Source: Vicugna vicugna
Lineage: Eukaryota
Assembly (NCBI GenBank): GCA_013265495.1
Contig: MU057701.1
Span: forward strand, 310,001 to 374,000
Length of the DNA stretch: 64,000 nt
Direction: 5' to 3'
In this document: positions 1-13,525 of the stretch, in pieces
Position numbering within the stretch: position 1 is the stretch's first letter
Layout of the letters: each line of letters starts with the position of its first letter
Program-made: the position numbers and the translations under genes
Notes under the pieces: model-generated
Databases searched by the model: none
Told to the model about the DNA's origin: nothing
Seen by the model: the letters and a program-made list of their open reading frames with translations, nothing else

Positions 1-477
1 AGGGTGTTATTATTGCCACATGATGTAAATGATATAAACTAGGTTTGTGAGTTCTGAAATAAATTCTAGACCACACAAGCCCAGCAGTAACAAGTGACTT
101 GTTAACGGTAATTGATGATCACTTTTTTTGAAGTTCTTAAGAACTGTGTTGAATGGCAATTTGAGAACGGCTCATTTTCTCACTGACCCCTGAGGATCTT
201 TAAGCTTTCAGGTAACAACCTGAAGCCTTCAGGCCTTGGGTACTGCTGAAGTTCACAGATTTAAGTAAAGCTGCGAATTTCTGGAAACTAGAGGAGTCAC
301 AATTTTACAAATTAATATTACGTCCTGTTACTTTAGCTGGTTTTACAGATGAATATTATGAATGAAATCAAAGGGCTGTGCTTAACTTCTGTCAGACCTT
401 TGATCTTAAAAGTAAAAGCAAGCAGAGGATCGTGGTTCACACATAATAAACACATCTCCAAATTATTAAAAAGGCAT

Positions 478-483
478 TTTATT
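478..483 (-). terminator. Distal polyadenylation signal AATAAA of HELZ (cleavage about 455-465)
   Basis: tttatt on + at 478-483. UGUA elements upstream in the transcript (489-492, 513-516). GU/U-rich tract downstream (GATGTGTTTATTATGTGTG). Confidence 0.7.
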
Positions 484-2584
484 ATAAATACATTTTAGTT
501 GTAGCAGTAAAATACATTTTGTGTTACCATGAATCTTTTAAAACAAAAGAACTTCACTGAGACAATGATCACAATGTAGGAACTGCAGACCCCCAAATTG
601 AAAACTTGTTCTAAGGAACCAAAGTGGCTAAAGAAATTCCAAAACTAAGTTAAAAAAAAAAAGGAAACGACAGAAAAGGAAGAAAATAAAAACCCTAGAG
701 AATGGCTTTGGGGTTATTTTATGGTACAAAGTCATTTTTACTTTTAAGGATAAACTCTTAAGGTATTAGAACCTCTCGGACGAGGTATCATTAACTGTAA
801 GAAATAATAATAATTTTGTTATAATTTTGCCATAACTTATGATTATTACATGACTGTACAACTGGTACTTATAAGAGATGGAAACTGACCATCTCAGTTT
901 TATATAGCCTCCCTTTGGAAGACTTGCCAAAAGAAGACCCAGTATGAATTTGCTAAGTAATTGATTGTATGAAGTTAGCTGAACAAGTTTAGATAAGAAC
1001 TTGTATTTTTGAAGCATAAAAAAAAAACCCTGTGTCATTAATAACAGGACCCTTTAATAAAATGCAAAACCCATTACCTTTATAATTTAGAGGAGAGGTA
1101 TTTTAATCACCGTATTTACCTAGGATACAACTACTACGTATAACCAGTACCTTCATGGGTTTCAAAGAATCAGGTCGGATGACTGGCACAGAAAGCGGAT
1201 ACAGTACAATGTCATACACTTGGGTTTATAGGAAGCAGGCATGGTCTGGATACGTAAAAATCCAAGACCTTTCCTCTGAATGGGAGGGGGTGCTGAGAAA
1301 CATTCTCAGGTGTAACTGACGCGTCCGTCAGGACCTCAGCCTGGATAAAAGGACCCTCCGACCGACGGAAAGAGACAAGAGGTCTTTGCATCCAAGGCAT
1401 CGTGCAAAGCAAAGTGTGAATAAACAGAAGCTCCCTGTGAGTTGGAACTGGATAAAGTAACCTGTGCTGAACATATAAACGATCCCACCAAAGGTTAGCA
1501 AGCCTTTCAAGGAGGAAGGACTGTGTTTTAAGAATTCCAAAACTGTGCGTTCTACGATGCTTATCATATGCACTACTTCTAAGTCGTTCTATAATCTATC
1601 ACCTTAAAAATATTTTATTTTTCTCTTTCTTGTGTCTCAGTAAATTCAAAGCCAAACTAAAAACCAGAGGCCGAGACCAAAACCCCTCAAGCTGCACTGA
1701 CTCCAGGGGGAATATTAACAACAACGACACTAACACACACATTTTTAAAATATCCAAAGACCTGTAGGTTGATTATATTGTAGGCAGTTTCTTTCTCAAA
1801 AATAACTTGTTCATACATGTGCACCTATGGTTTATGAACAACTCATGCTGTGTAGGTGGTAGATTCCCCTAGACTGTTGCTTTTTCTTTCTTTTTTTTCA
1901 AACATAGTTTTTTTTTGTTTTTTGTGTTTTTTTGAAGATAGCAAAGCAATCAGAGACAATGATCAACTTTCTGCCATATACATCACTTCAGGCTCCCCGA
2001 ACACCCACCGGCATGGCAGAGAATCCAAAATAATTGTGTTAACCTGAGAAACACATTAATTTGAAAAGCAAATCCTTTGTCCTCAACTCCCTCACCCCCA
2101 AAGCATGAAAACTACGAATACATCATTCGGGGATTATCTGTCATTTTTGGTGCTCCGTGTCACTGCCACCTCAGGACAGGGCCTCCTGTACTTAGCGCCT
2201 TGTAAATGCAAAGTGAATCATCGTGATGTTTGAACGGCTTCCTCCCACAAGTCTCATCTCTGTGTATACAGACCATCAAGATTGCCTCTAAGCTCTTCAA
2301 ACAGATGCACGGCTTCCAAACCAAAGCCCAGGCTGCAGTGCACACACACCAAATCCACCCTAGAAATAAAAGAGCCCCTGCACCCTGACACGGAGGAGCA
2401 GCGCAGACCTTATGGAGGGTGAGCGCTGGAAGGGGGTGGCCACCATCCGAGGGGCTCGTCACTCCATTGAGGTTTTTCTCCATGAATGTCCCACTCATGG
2501 CATCAGAATTATGTCCAAGAGACTAGTTTTGTATACTGAGTAAATAAATGCATGACTGACAAGACCTTCAGATGCTCTCTAGAC

Positions 2585-2764
2585 CAGGGGTTCTCAAAGT
2601 GTGGTACCCGGGCCGGCAGCATCAGGGTTGCCTGGGAACTTGTTGGAAATGCAAAGGATCAGGCTCCAGCCTGGAATCAGAAACTCTGGGGGTGGGTCCA
2701 GCGACCCGTACTTTAACAAGCCCTCCAGGTAATTCTGACGCTGGCTACCGTTTTAGAACCACTG
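2585..2764. mobile_element. MER5A-like hAT-Charlie non-autonomous DNA transposon
   Basis: Ends caggggttctcaaagtgtgg ... ttttagaaccactg (TIRs). Internal gaatcagaaactctgggggtggg and tttaacaagccctccagg. Degenerate 8-bp TSD ctctagac/ctctacct. Confidence 0.85.
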
Positions 2765-5165
2765 CTCTACCTTGCTCAAAACTTGAAAATCTTAAAGCAG
2801 GACAGATTTGTAAACAGATAGTCCTGCATGGCTTCTATTCTGTGTTGAAATCTATGGAATCTGCCCCTTCCCCTCAACTGCTCAAACATAAAAAAAGAAA
2901 AAGAAAAAATATATTTCAAAAAAGTTAAAAGTAATATTGGTTTCCCCTCCTACACATAGTTCTAAGGCAGGCAGTCACGTGCTAGCAAAATGCAAACTAA
3001 AATACAGAAGAGACCTCATATGTGAGGCATAGAAAGAGCTGAAAAGACTCCCAAAGAACATAATGAAGATTTCATAATATTGTTTAATGAACTTATAGAA
3101 TTATATAAAACTTACTATGCTTTATGCTTAATATTCATATCAAAATAAAATCTCTGTATTGAACAAATTGCAAATAAAGTCAGGTCTAATTCTCTGATGA
3201 TAAACTATAGGTCCATGAATGCCTCTGGGTTTTCTTAACATGCCAGCTCTAGGAGCTCTAGACTACCACTGTATAACCACAGTTCATGTTACTAAGTCTA
3301 GATTCTTCTACTAGGTGCCTCCTTTCAAAAAAATTGAGGAACTCCCTGTGACTATTTCCTGAACATTTATTCCAAAGTAGATATTTTCAAACATTTTGAA
3401 ATTTTTAAATGCTACATTAAAATTTTTCATTTTTAAACTGTTTGATAATCTAGTTTCAAGTAATAACAGCCATTTTCTGAATGTGTTTTGCAAGACTGTT
3501 AAATGTTAGGAGGATTCACTCCTTGTAACAATGGTTTTGAAATTGCTAATTAAACAGGTACGAAAGTAGTAAGTGTGAATTTAGCAGCTTTACAGTAAAA
3601 TCGAGGCAAATAAATATCCAGCCTCAAGTAGATGGAGAATTCGAGACACCTAATGTAATGAGCACTTTGAAGACTAACATGCCACTTACTCTTTCATGAA
3701 ATCATGGTATCATGAAGAAATCATAGAACATTATCCATTATTTCTAATTGCTGAATAGTTTGTGGATCAGATGGCAAAGAGCGGAGCAAAAAATCAGATC
3801 CATTAAAACACTTATTTCGAGATTTAGAAAAGCAAACAGGGTAGTGGTAGAAATTGATGGTTCCCACACGTTAAAGGGATGGTTAGCAAGAAATAATGCC
3901 TGGGAAATCATAAAAGACAAATTACTACCTTTGTGGATCTAAAAGAAAAGAAAAGAAAAAAGACCCAGGTAGCCTACGTGACATTTAAGGCAGCAATTTG
4001 CATCTTTCAATATATTTAAACTTTTAATCTTGTATTTTTATAGGCTTTTTCTGGGTTTCCTTTTTAAAAACAACTCCAGTATGAAACAGTGCTATCCAAG
4101 GATAACAGGTGTCTCTTCTTAAAACGATTTCAATGAATCTAACTTTCTTCATAACAATAGTTGAAAGCTAAAATTTATCTTGAAACTGGTTTTCACATCC
4201 TGGCTCTTAGGCAGAGTGGCTCTCTCTAGTCAAGGTAGCTAGGGATATATTCGTATATGTTTATAGCTTTGCCTTTGAGATGTATATACATGGAAAATAT
4301 TAAACATGTAAAATCAACTACACTAGAGTAAGGTAATACTATATATTAATTATCTCAAGTTAGGAAATTCAGTTAGCTTTCTCAGCAATTTCAGTGCCTC
4401 CATAAACAAGGAAACTGTTTTCACAAACAGTTCTTGGAGATTGCTGTGTTTAATTAGGCAACGCTTATTCAGTGGGAATTCTGCTTGTTTTACTTATTCT
4501 GCAATTCTTTGAACTGAAAAGACCAACTGATGTTTACACCAAACCTGAACTTATCCTAGAATCTCTGATGAACAGAAACCACACAAAGCAGTTTGTTATT
4601 TCACACATACAAAATGACCTGGATAGAAAGCAGATCTGTCTGAGGGAAGGAAACTTAAGGTCATGTTAGTTTAAATGGTCAATAATTAACTACTGATCAA
4701 TCAAAAACAAAGCCCTGCTACAACAATTTGGCAAAGCATATGCCAAAATGGCAGCCAAAACCCCTTTTAAAAACACACCAGAAAATATCCATGTTACCCT
4801 GAATGAGGCTCTTCAAATCTTAACAGAAATTCATTTTTAGATCAGGAAAAAAAAATTTAGCATGAAAACTCTACAAATTCTATCGTCCACAATAATTCCT
4901 TTAAGATAAAAAAAGAAAATCTCAGTAGCACTGAAATTAAAAAGTAAAATGAATACAAAATAGTTCTGGCAAAAAAAAAGGGAACTTCAGAGTGATACAA
5001 AGAACAAAGAAGTAGAAAGACATCAGGTGAACAATTACCCACACTAAGAAGAGATCTGTTCTGGAAGAAAAGGAAGTTGGTAATACTCAGTATTATCCAA
5101 GAGCACTTTAAAAAAGAAAAAAAAATTCCATCTGAACTCTAGGGTTGAATCTAGTATATGAAATT

Positions 5166-5476
5166 CAGTCGTCCCTCAGTATCTGCAGGGGATTGGTTTC
5201 AGAACCCCCAGGAACACCAAAATCCGAGGATGCTCAAGTCCTTTACGTAAAATGACAGTATTTGCATATAATTTTCACACATCCTCCCATATATTTTAAT
5301 TCATCTCTGGATTACTTATAATACCTAATACAATAAAAATGCTATGTAAATAGCTGCCAGCACATGGCAAACTTAAGTTCTCCTTTTTGGAGCTTTCTGG
5401 AGTTTTAAAAAATGTCTTTGATCTGCGCTTGGTTGAATCCGTGGGCACGGAACCTGCAGACACAGAGGGCTGACTG
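5166..5476. mobile_element. MER2/MER2B-like TcMar-Tigger DNA transposon
   Basis: 24-bp imperfect TIRs cagtcgtccctcagtatctgcagg / cctgcagacacagagggctgactg. Internal ggatgctcaagtcc and gattacttataatacctaatacaat typical of MER2. Confidence 0.85.
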
Positions 5477-8178
5477 CGAGTTGTTTTGTAAGTCTGATTT
5501 GTGGGCCCCTGCTAGTACTACCCAAGTCATGCCCAAACAGCATGAGCGGTACTCAGAAACCACGCCTCATTTCAATGGAAACTTGCAATGATTCTTTCAG
5601 TAAGACTTTCTCACAACCGTTATAAGACACTATGCATAAATAACATTTAAAGCATGGCAGGAAGGATGGTATTAAGTAATGCTGAGAAATAAGCTTGTTA
5701 GAGGCTGAAATACGCATTCGAAGCCAAATCTAGAAGAGTATTAGATGGAAACAACATTCGAATTCTTGATTGGCTGTATAAAACGATGAGAAATACTCAC
5801 TCAAGAGCAAAGCAGTGGACTAAAAAATAGCTATTTTTTTTTTGTTTTTTTTAAGAAGTAACTGCTTAGAACAGCGATGTCACAACAACAGCTTCCTTAT
5901 GCAAAGCTTCCCTCAATATATTTATATGTGTACATGACCTCTTTAACTAAATATACATATAAATAATTTAAAAACTGGTATTTTGTTCAAGTATGGAGAA
6001 CAGGAAATTCGACAATTACCTCATGACAAGGGGTTAACTGAAAGTCCTGACATGACAGTCCTGTCTTCGTAAGATCCACCTGCTTTTGGACACTTATCTG
6101 GCTTGTGTTGTAGTCCTGCGTGTTTGTGAGGGGGGAGAATCATCGCTGACAAGAACATTATTTCTCATGGACCCCTCACGTCAGGGAGGCTGCATTTTCA
6201 TTTAGGCTACATCTTGAGTTTTGTCATAGAGTTGGAAATACACAGCTGTATAACAATTATTTTTTTTCTTCTTTCCTTGTGACTAAAGAATGCTGAGGAA
6301 AATTTGACCTAGCTAAGCGTGGTGATCTGACATCATACAGAGAAAACGAGGGGCTGTGACTTGCTGGCTCGGTTTTCACCTGTGACTGACGCTAACCACG
6401 GACGCGCTGCTGTCTACAGGTCAACATCTGCCACCTTACAGAGAGCCGCAGCCTGCGGCGTGAAGCCACGTACAAACGAACTGCGCTCTGAGCAGAAAGA
6501 CTCAACTGAATAAAAGAGGTACGCTTCGTTTGTCCTTCAACTCAAGGCACTCTCTTCTCCAAAACTGTCTGAGGATGACAGGGGGGTTGTTGCTGGCCAA
6601 CATCGACTCAGCTCCCGTGGTGGCAGTTTTTTCTTTACCCCTCCACTTTTCAAGTCTGTTTTAGAAATGGACTGCGAATACAGGATGGCCTATTCCAAAG
6701 GAGTCCTCCAATAAACTATTTTTGAATGGATCATTAGGATCCACTCAGGATTTGCAACGTTTCCCAACCTCATCTTATTTGAAAAAAAAAAAAAAAGAGG
6801 TTATATTGTAGTCTCAAGATATCTCTGAAGTATAAAAGTAGTACTACTAGACCAGGAAAGCAATAGGACATGCATCGCTTTAAAAGTGTTACAAGACCAC
6901 AAGTTTTAAGAGGGTAAACATTTTCCTTTGGATTTTTACCAAAGTTCATTCAAAACAATTTTTCAGACTGTAGAATATTTAAGATAGCTATTTAAATTTT
7001 ATGTTTTTGTACAAGTTCAGTGGGGTTCTTTTAGAAGAATTGAAAGACATGAAAAACAAGGGTAGTTTTTTGTCCCAGATTTTGATGAATTTTGATACAC
7101 CTTTGACAAACATTATATTTCTTTTTTAATGATGTTCCTCAAACAAAACAGTTAGCAAAATCTTTGAATTGCCATGGATAATGTCACATTTTAATGTAAA
7201 CATCAAATAAGGTACCAAAATTTTTTACTGGAGGGAAAAGGAACCTTAAAGCGGCACAACTCTTTATCCCACTGGAGGGGGAAGGGGGAGCCAGATTACA
7301 AACATTTACACATGCATAGTGAGGAAAAAAAGATTTTACTAAATTCACGCATTTTTAAAATAGTTATCAAGTCTACTAAGCACCAACAATCCTAAAAATT
7401 TTTCAGCTTCATGATTTGTTTAAAAAAAAAAACACACTATCAAATTAACATTAAAAACAAGCTTGAAGTAGAGCTTGTCCAAAAAATAACTAAGTATGCC
7501 ACTGTTTTTTTTCACGTTACAAAAAACAGTGGCATATGAAATACACCTGCAAAAAATGCCTTTAACTCTATCCTACAGTGGATGGAGAGTACAACAGCAC
7601 ATCATACATAGTCTAAAACTATAAAAGTTTTAGAATGCAGCATCTTGTCACCAAAAAAAAGCTGATAAAACTCAAAGTATTTAGAGGATGCTGCCCCTTT
7701 ATTTTAAAAAATTTTAAATGAATTTAAGCAAAAATAACATACATTTGTACATCAACTGGCCATTTCTGGTACAGAAACCCAGCATATGGTAATATTATTG
7801 AATAAATGTAAATGCTACTTACAATTTTTTTTCTTTTTAAATACATTTTAGACAAACTTTTTTTTTCTCTTTTTTTATAGTTGCACAATTAACCTCTTAG
7901 CTGCTAGCTTGATGCAAACATATGTAACAATACACAAATTTAAAAATATTTTTTATTCTACATAAAAGCTGTCAAAATTCCGACTCACGTCAAAAATGCA
8001 AAATAATGGAATATACTTTTAAAAAATTAGTTGCAAGTCTAGCAGCAAAGCAATTAAGTAAGAACATATTTAATATTAAAACAAAGGGAACTGTGCAGCT
8101 ATAGGTGAAGTCCAGCTATCTTAATCCTATTGATACAAACAGAAATGAAAACATTCTCCCTTGAGGAAAAAAAGGTGA

Positions 8179-8571
<393 letters not shown>

Positions 8572-9399
8572 TCATTAACTGGTTCTCATCTCCGGGAACT
8601 CAGTGACTGCAGAGCCACAAGGACAGACAACTTCTGCCACAGAAGGCTGAAATCACAACACATCCAACCAAACTTCTCTGTCTTATAAACACTTGAAAAA
8701 GAATTAACTCTGTGAAGTAGAATAACTAAATGTGTAAAAACTAAAGGTCAAGTATGATTTTGACCAAAAGCTATCGTAAAAGTTAGATGGAAAAAAAGAA
8801 GTGATGTTGCTGCTTCAAAAAACTAATCTGCACAATTGTACACTTTGATATTTATTATATTAACTGCTCATAGTTTGCAAATGGGAAGAAAATGTGTTCT
8901 TTCTTACATAAAAAGAAGCTGTACATGCAGCCAGCCTCCTGGTCAAAACAGCTTTCATTATTAACCTAAGAAATGGTAGCATCAGATTTTAATTCTTAAA
9001 AATGCCATCTTTTCTTGTAATACATAAATAAACATGGAATAAGGTGGGGAAAAACAGCTATAAACTTTACTTCCCATTTCCTATAATCTGTCTGACTCGC
9101 AAGGTCCTTTAAAATTTGACTCCCCTCTTCCTAATTTGGTGGCCCACCAAATCAGAACTTGTTTTATACATTGCTTTTCTTTTCTAGCTTTCGAAAGTTT
9201 AACCAACATTATATTGGATTACAATCATAATATTCATTGAGGATAACTTGGAAATTACACAAAAGACCAAAGAAGGAAGTAAGTTGTTCATTTTCCCAAA
9301 TACCAGAGAAAAGCCTTAACTTGTTGGTGCATTTTTTCCTATGTCATATAATGCAGATATTTCATAACTTTTTAAAGTAACCTCTCTTTTTACAAATTT

Positions 9400-9770
9400 G
9401 GATAATAGTCAATTTTTCACTTTTCTACACTGTGATAAATGTTATTATAGATAAATATTCCTAAACATTCATGACTGTTTCCTTAGGATAAATCCCTCAA
9501 AGTACAATGGTTGGGTCATACGGTGCATACAAAATGAAGGCTTTTGATAACTGTGGCCAAACTCCCCTGCAGGAAGATACCGTAATTCACATCCAATCAA
9601 CAATGTTGGCTCATTTTCCTACTCCATCACGACATTAATGTTATTATTATTATTTTTCACTTTAGCCTATTTTATAAATAAATGATTATCTTGTAGTTCT
9701 AATTTGCATGTCTTTGATTACTAGTATTTATGGACATTTTTTCCTACGTTTATTACCTATTTGTGGATTG
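9400..9770 (-). mobile_element. Old L1 (L1ME-like) 3' fragment, degraded
   Basis: ttccttaggataaatccc..aagt, gttctaatttgcatgtctttgattactag: antisense of the L1 ORF2 end/3'UTR. Boundaries approximate. Confidence 0.55.
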
Positions 9771-12068
9771 GAACGCTGAGGTGAACATATTTCACTTTTT
9801 AGTCTAAGTATTTCATTGATTCAATATGCTAATTTCATAGAACTATTTAAAAACTTAAACAATTCATAAAATTGTTCAACATTATTTTAAGCCACTTAAC
9901 ATCCTTCTAGAACATTTATTATCTTTTCCGTCTAAATGCCACTGCTTTTGTGAATGAATAACTGCTTTTAAGAGCATTAGTTTAACAAATATTTCAAGAT
10001 AAAAGTGGCCTTACTACCTAACATAATGCATAAAATAAACATTTTATTGGCCATTCAAGAACCTACTATTTTTATTTATTTTACTAAGATTTCATATTTA
10101 ACCATATTCTCATTTTCATGACAATATAGAATTTAGAATGTTTTCAATTAAATAATACTTCCAAAATAATATTTTAGAGGCAGTTAACCTAATGCCTACA
10201 CTCTTATCTAACCATGAGTCTAAGATCTCTATCGGTTTCACTTACTGTATATCCTCCAGATAAGACAAACTATTCTTATTCATATTTAAAACTATGAATT
10301 TTACTAATCTGGCAACCAATGATTTTTTTTTCGAAATACACATCTCTATCTAATCTTTAAATATTCCTCTGTGCATGAAAAGAAAATGCCTGATGAATTT
10401 ATGCCTTGTCACCAAGATAAGTGACTAGCACCGAACACATGCATGTTGGAGAGACGAGCCCACCAGGCACAAAGGCCCCGCAGGAGGACTGGATCACCCT
10501 CTTGATTGCACAGGATCTGTTTTCAGGATCTCCTTACTCAGGAGGCATTTACCAAGAGCCTGAAGTGTGATCAGTGCCAAAAGGGGAGACCAAAGTTCAG
10601 AAAGGTCAAAGACATGGTCTCTGTTCTCAGGCTTGCAACTGCGGAGAAGACAGGGCCATCTCTAGCCACCATGACCTCTTTCAAATTCCAAACCAATATA
10701 ATATGAATAGTTTCCTTCAACTCAAGAAGTAAGTCTCAAACTTCAGAAAGAAGTTTCCCAACTGGTGATTATATTCCTCTGACTCACCACTTGTAATTGC
10801 TACATTCCTCTAAAAAAAATAAAGTAAAATGATAAATACACACATACATACATACATACATATGTACGTACTGTTAGACAAGAAGTGGTGCTTCATCAGG
10901 ATATTAGTGATTTTGAATTAATTCTTAAACACTAAGTGTAACTTTCAACTAAAGAATACTACTATTTGTCTCCTAGCAATAAAGAAAATAATAATTTTAT
11001 ATTTGTGGAAAAGATGGCATAAATGACATGTGCTTTGGGCATTTGTTCAGGAAATTTCTACCTTATCAGATTTTTATTGATTTTGACCCAAACCTATCCT
11101 AAAATTTAGATGGAAAAAAAGGAGAAATCATGCTGTCTTTAAAATAAATTATCATAAAAACTAAAAAGTAATAAATTTTCATCACTGATTTGTAATTTAG
11201 ATGTTTCTCAGGAAATTCAGCTATGATAAATGTATTTTTGTTAGACCTTTAAAATGACAATGCAACCCCAAGCAGCTTCTACAGAGTTAGTGCTAATGAA
11301 TGACAATGTCTCTTGCTAGGAACGAAACCAGTACCTTTTTACTGCTTTCTGCCCTGTTATACCTATTGTTCTAAAAATAACGCTTGTATGGCACATACTC
11401 CAAATGGGTCAGTTACAGAAACAATGGATTCACATTCTACAGATGAACAAAATTAATCTCAAACACAGAGGTTAATGCTACCAGGGCGGAAATTCAGCAA
11501 AGATTACAGACTTGTTCACAAAGATCAATGTCTACAGTCCACAAAGAGAGTCTCTAGATTAGAGAAGTCAAACAGTATCATTCTTAACATCTAATATTTC
11601 TTTACATTTAACACACACACACACAAAGAGGGAACCAAAGGAAAGATAAAAGTGCATTTGTGTTCAAGGCTAAAGAGGAAAGTCTTTTAGACTTCCCACC
11701 ACCCAAGGTAGAGCCATGTCCATTCCAATGCTTTCCTATCTATGCCTTCTTTTTTCCCTCTTTGGCCTTTGGATCTCTCATTCACTAAAATATAAGGAAT
11801 AAACATCAGATTTCTAAATCTCAAAATGTTAAGACTTTACTGGTTTCTCTTGTGGCCAAACTCAATTGTGAAGCAAACTGTCAACAACTTTATTGACAAT
11901 AAATCCTTGAAATTTAGTGGTACTGACCTAACCCCACCCCAACCCTGAAGCAAAAACAAAAATCCAGACAAAGGTGAGTCTATTTAGAGATACATTTTCC
12001 CATTACTTCCCATTCATTCACAGATGAAAGTGATCAAAATGATCAGTTCCCAAATACGGGCAGACCTA

Positions 12069-12518
<450 letters not shown>

Positions 12519-12654
12519 CTACACAAAGAAAAAGGGCATTTCATAAATCAGTGAAACTTACACCCCACTCCCTTAGGTATACAGCAGTCTCACTGTATTA
12601 AGTGGAAATTCTCAAAAACATTCTTTTCCGTGACTGTGAAAACTGCCCAAGAAA

Positions 12655-12800
12655 CAGCCTGAGCTCTGGACACAGCGTCAGGAGACCTGGGTTCAAAACC
12701 CAAGTTCTGGCCCTTAGCAGGTAGTCCTATGACAACACACACCTAATTTCAGACTCTGTTTTCTTGTCTGCAAAATATGGAGCTGAACTACCTGTCTTCA
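12655..12800 (+). mobile_element. MIR-family SINE fragment
   Basis: gtcaggagacctgggttcaaa...ctctgttttcttgtctgcaaaat core. Confidence 0.6.
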
Positions 12801-13282
12801 GTTCCAAAATTCTATCGACATTCTAGGTAAACATTAGATTAAGAATAAGAATGAAGAAACGTATCTTCTCAAAATTAGTGGGGAAATTACAGTCAGAATC
12901 TACTGAATCACAACCATCTTGAACACACTCATCCATTCTAGACGCATCTTGTGGGCCCTTCACAAACTTCCTTAGTTTATTATTCCTTAGACCAGATGGC
13001 AAGACAGGATTCCTCCTAGCCAACATGAGTGCCCCTGATTGGATTCCCTGCACGTCTCCTTTTAGACAGTCTCCAAATGAAACAGAACATTCATTAGTCT
13101 TGATATGTCTGAAACCTGATTAACGTTTTTCTCCTCCCTACACTGCACAACCCAAATTTCTTTAACCCTCTCAACAAGACGTATTTGCCAGACATCTCCA
13201 GATATTTTATTGCTACCTAAGCACCCTCCAAGTTTTTCTGGCCTGACTGCTGTGACCAATATTCAGTCTCAGTTCTAACAGC

Positions 13283-13525
13283 AAGGCAGTATGGAGCAGT
13301 AGTTAGGGGTGCAGCCTCAGTCTGGAGTCAGAATCTCTGGTTAGACTTCAGGCTGCTTTTTACCAGCAGTGTGACCCTGGGCAATTGACTTAATCTTTCA
13401 GGAACTTCGGCTGTGAATATGGCTTCATTATTCACAGCACCTACCTCTTAGGATTGTTGTGAGAATTGAGTTCAGCATGCATAGCATTTAGAATAGTTCC
13501 TGGCATACAGGAAGGGTTTGTTATT
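13283..13525 (+). mobile_element. MIR SINE
   Basis: ggcagtatggagcagtagttag..tctggagtcaga..gtgtgaccctgggcaattgacttaa..ggattgttgtgagaatt..cctggcataca. Confidence 0.75.

Larger units (their letters stand above)
455..8178 (-). other. HELZ: Long (~7.7 kb) HELZ 3'UTR
   Basis: Follows the stop codon. Repeat-poor, rich in U tracts on the transcript strand, ends at a well-contexted poly(A) signal. The distal end is inferred. Confidence 0.7.

Noticed and set aside
2160..2928. ORFs of 112 and 118 aa in the 3'UTR
   Set aside because: No recognisable homology; the second runs through MER5A.
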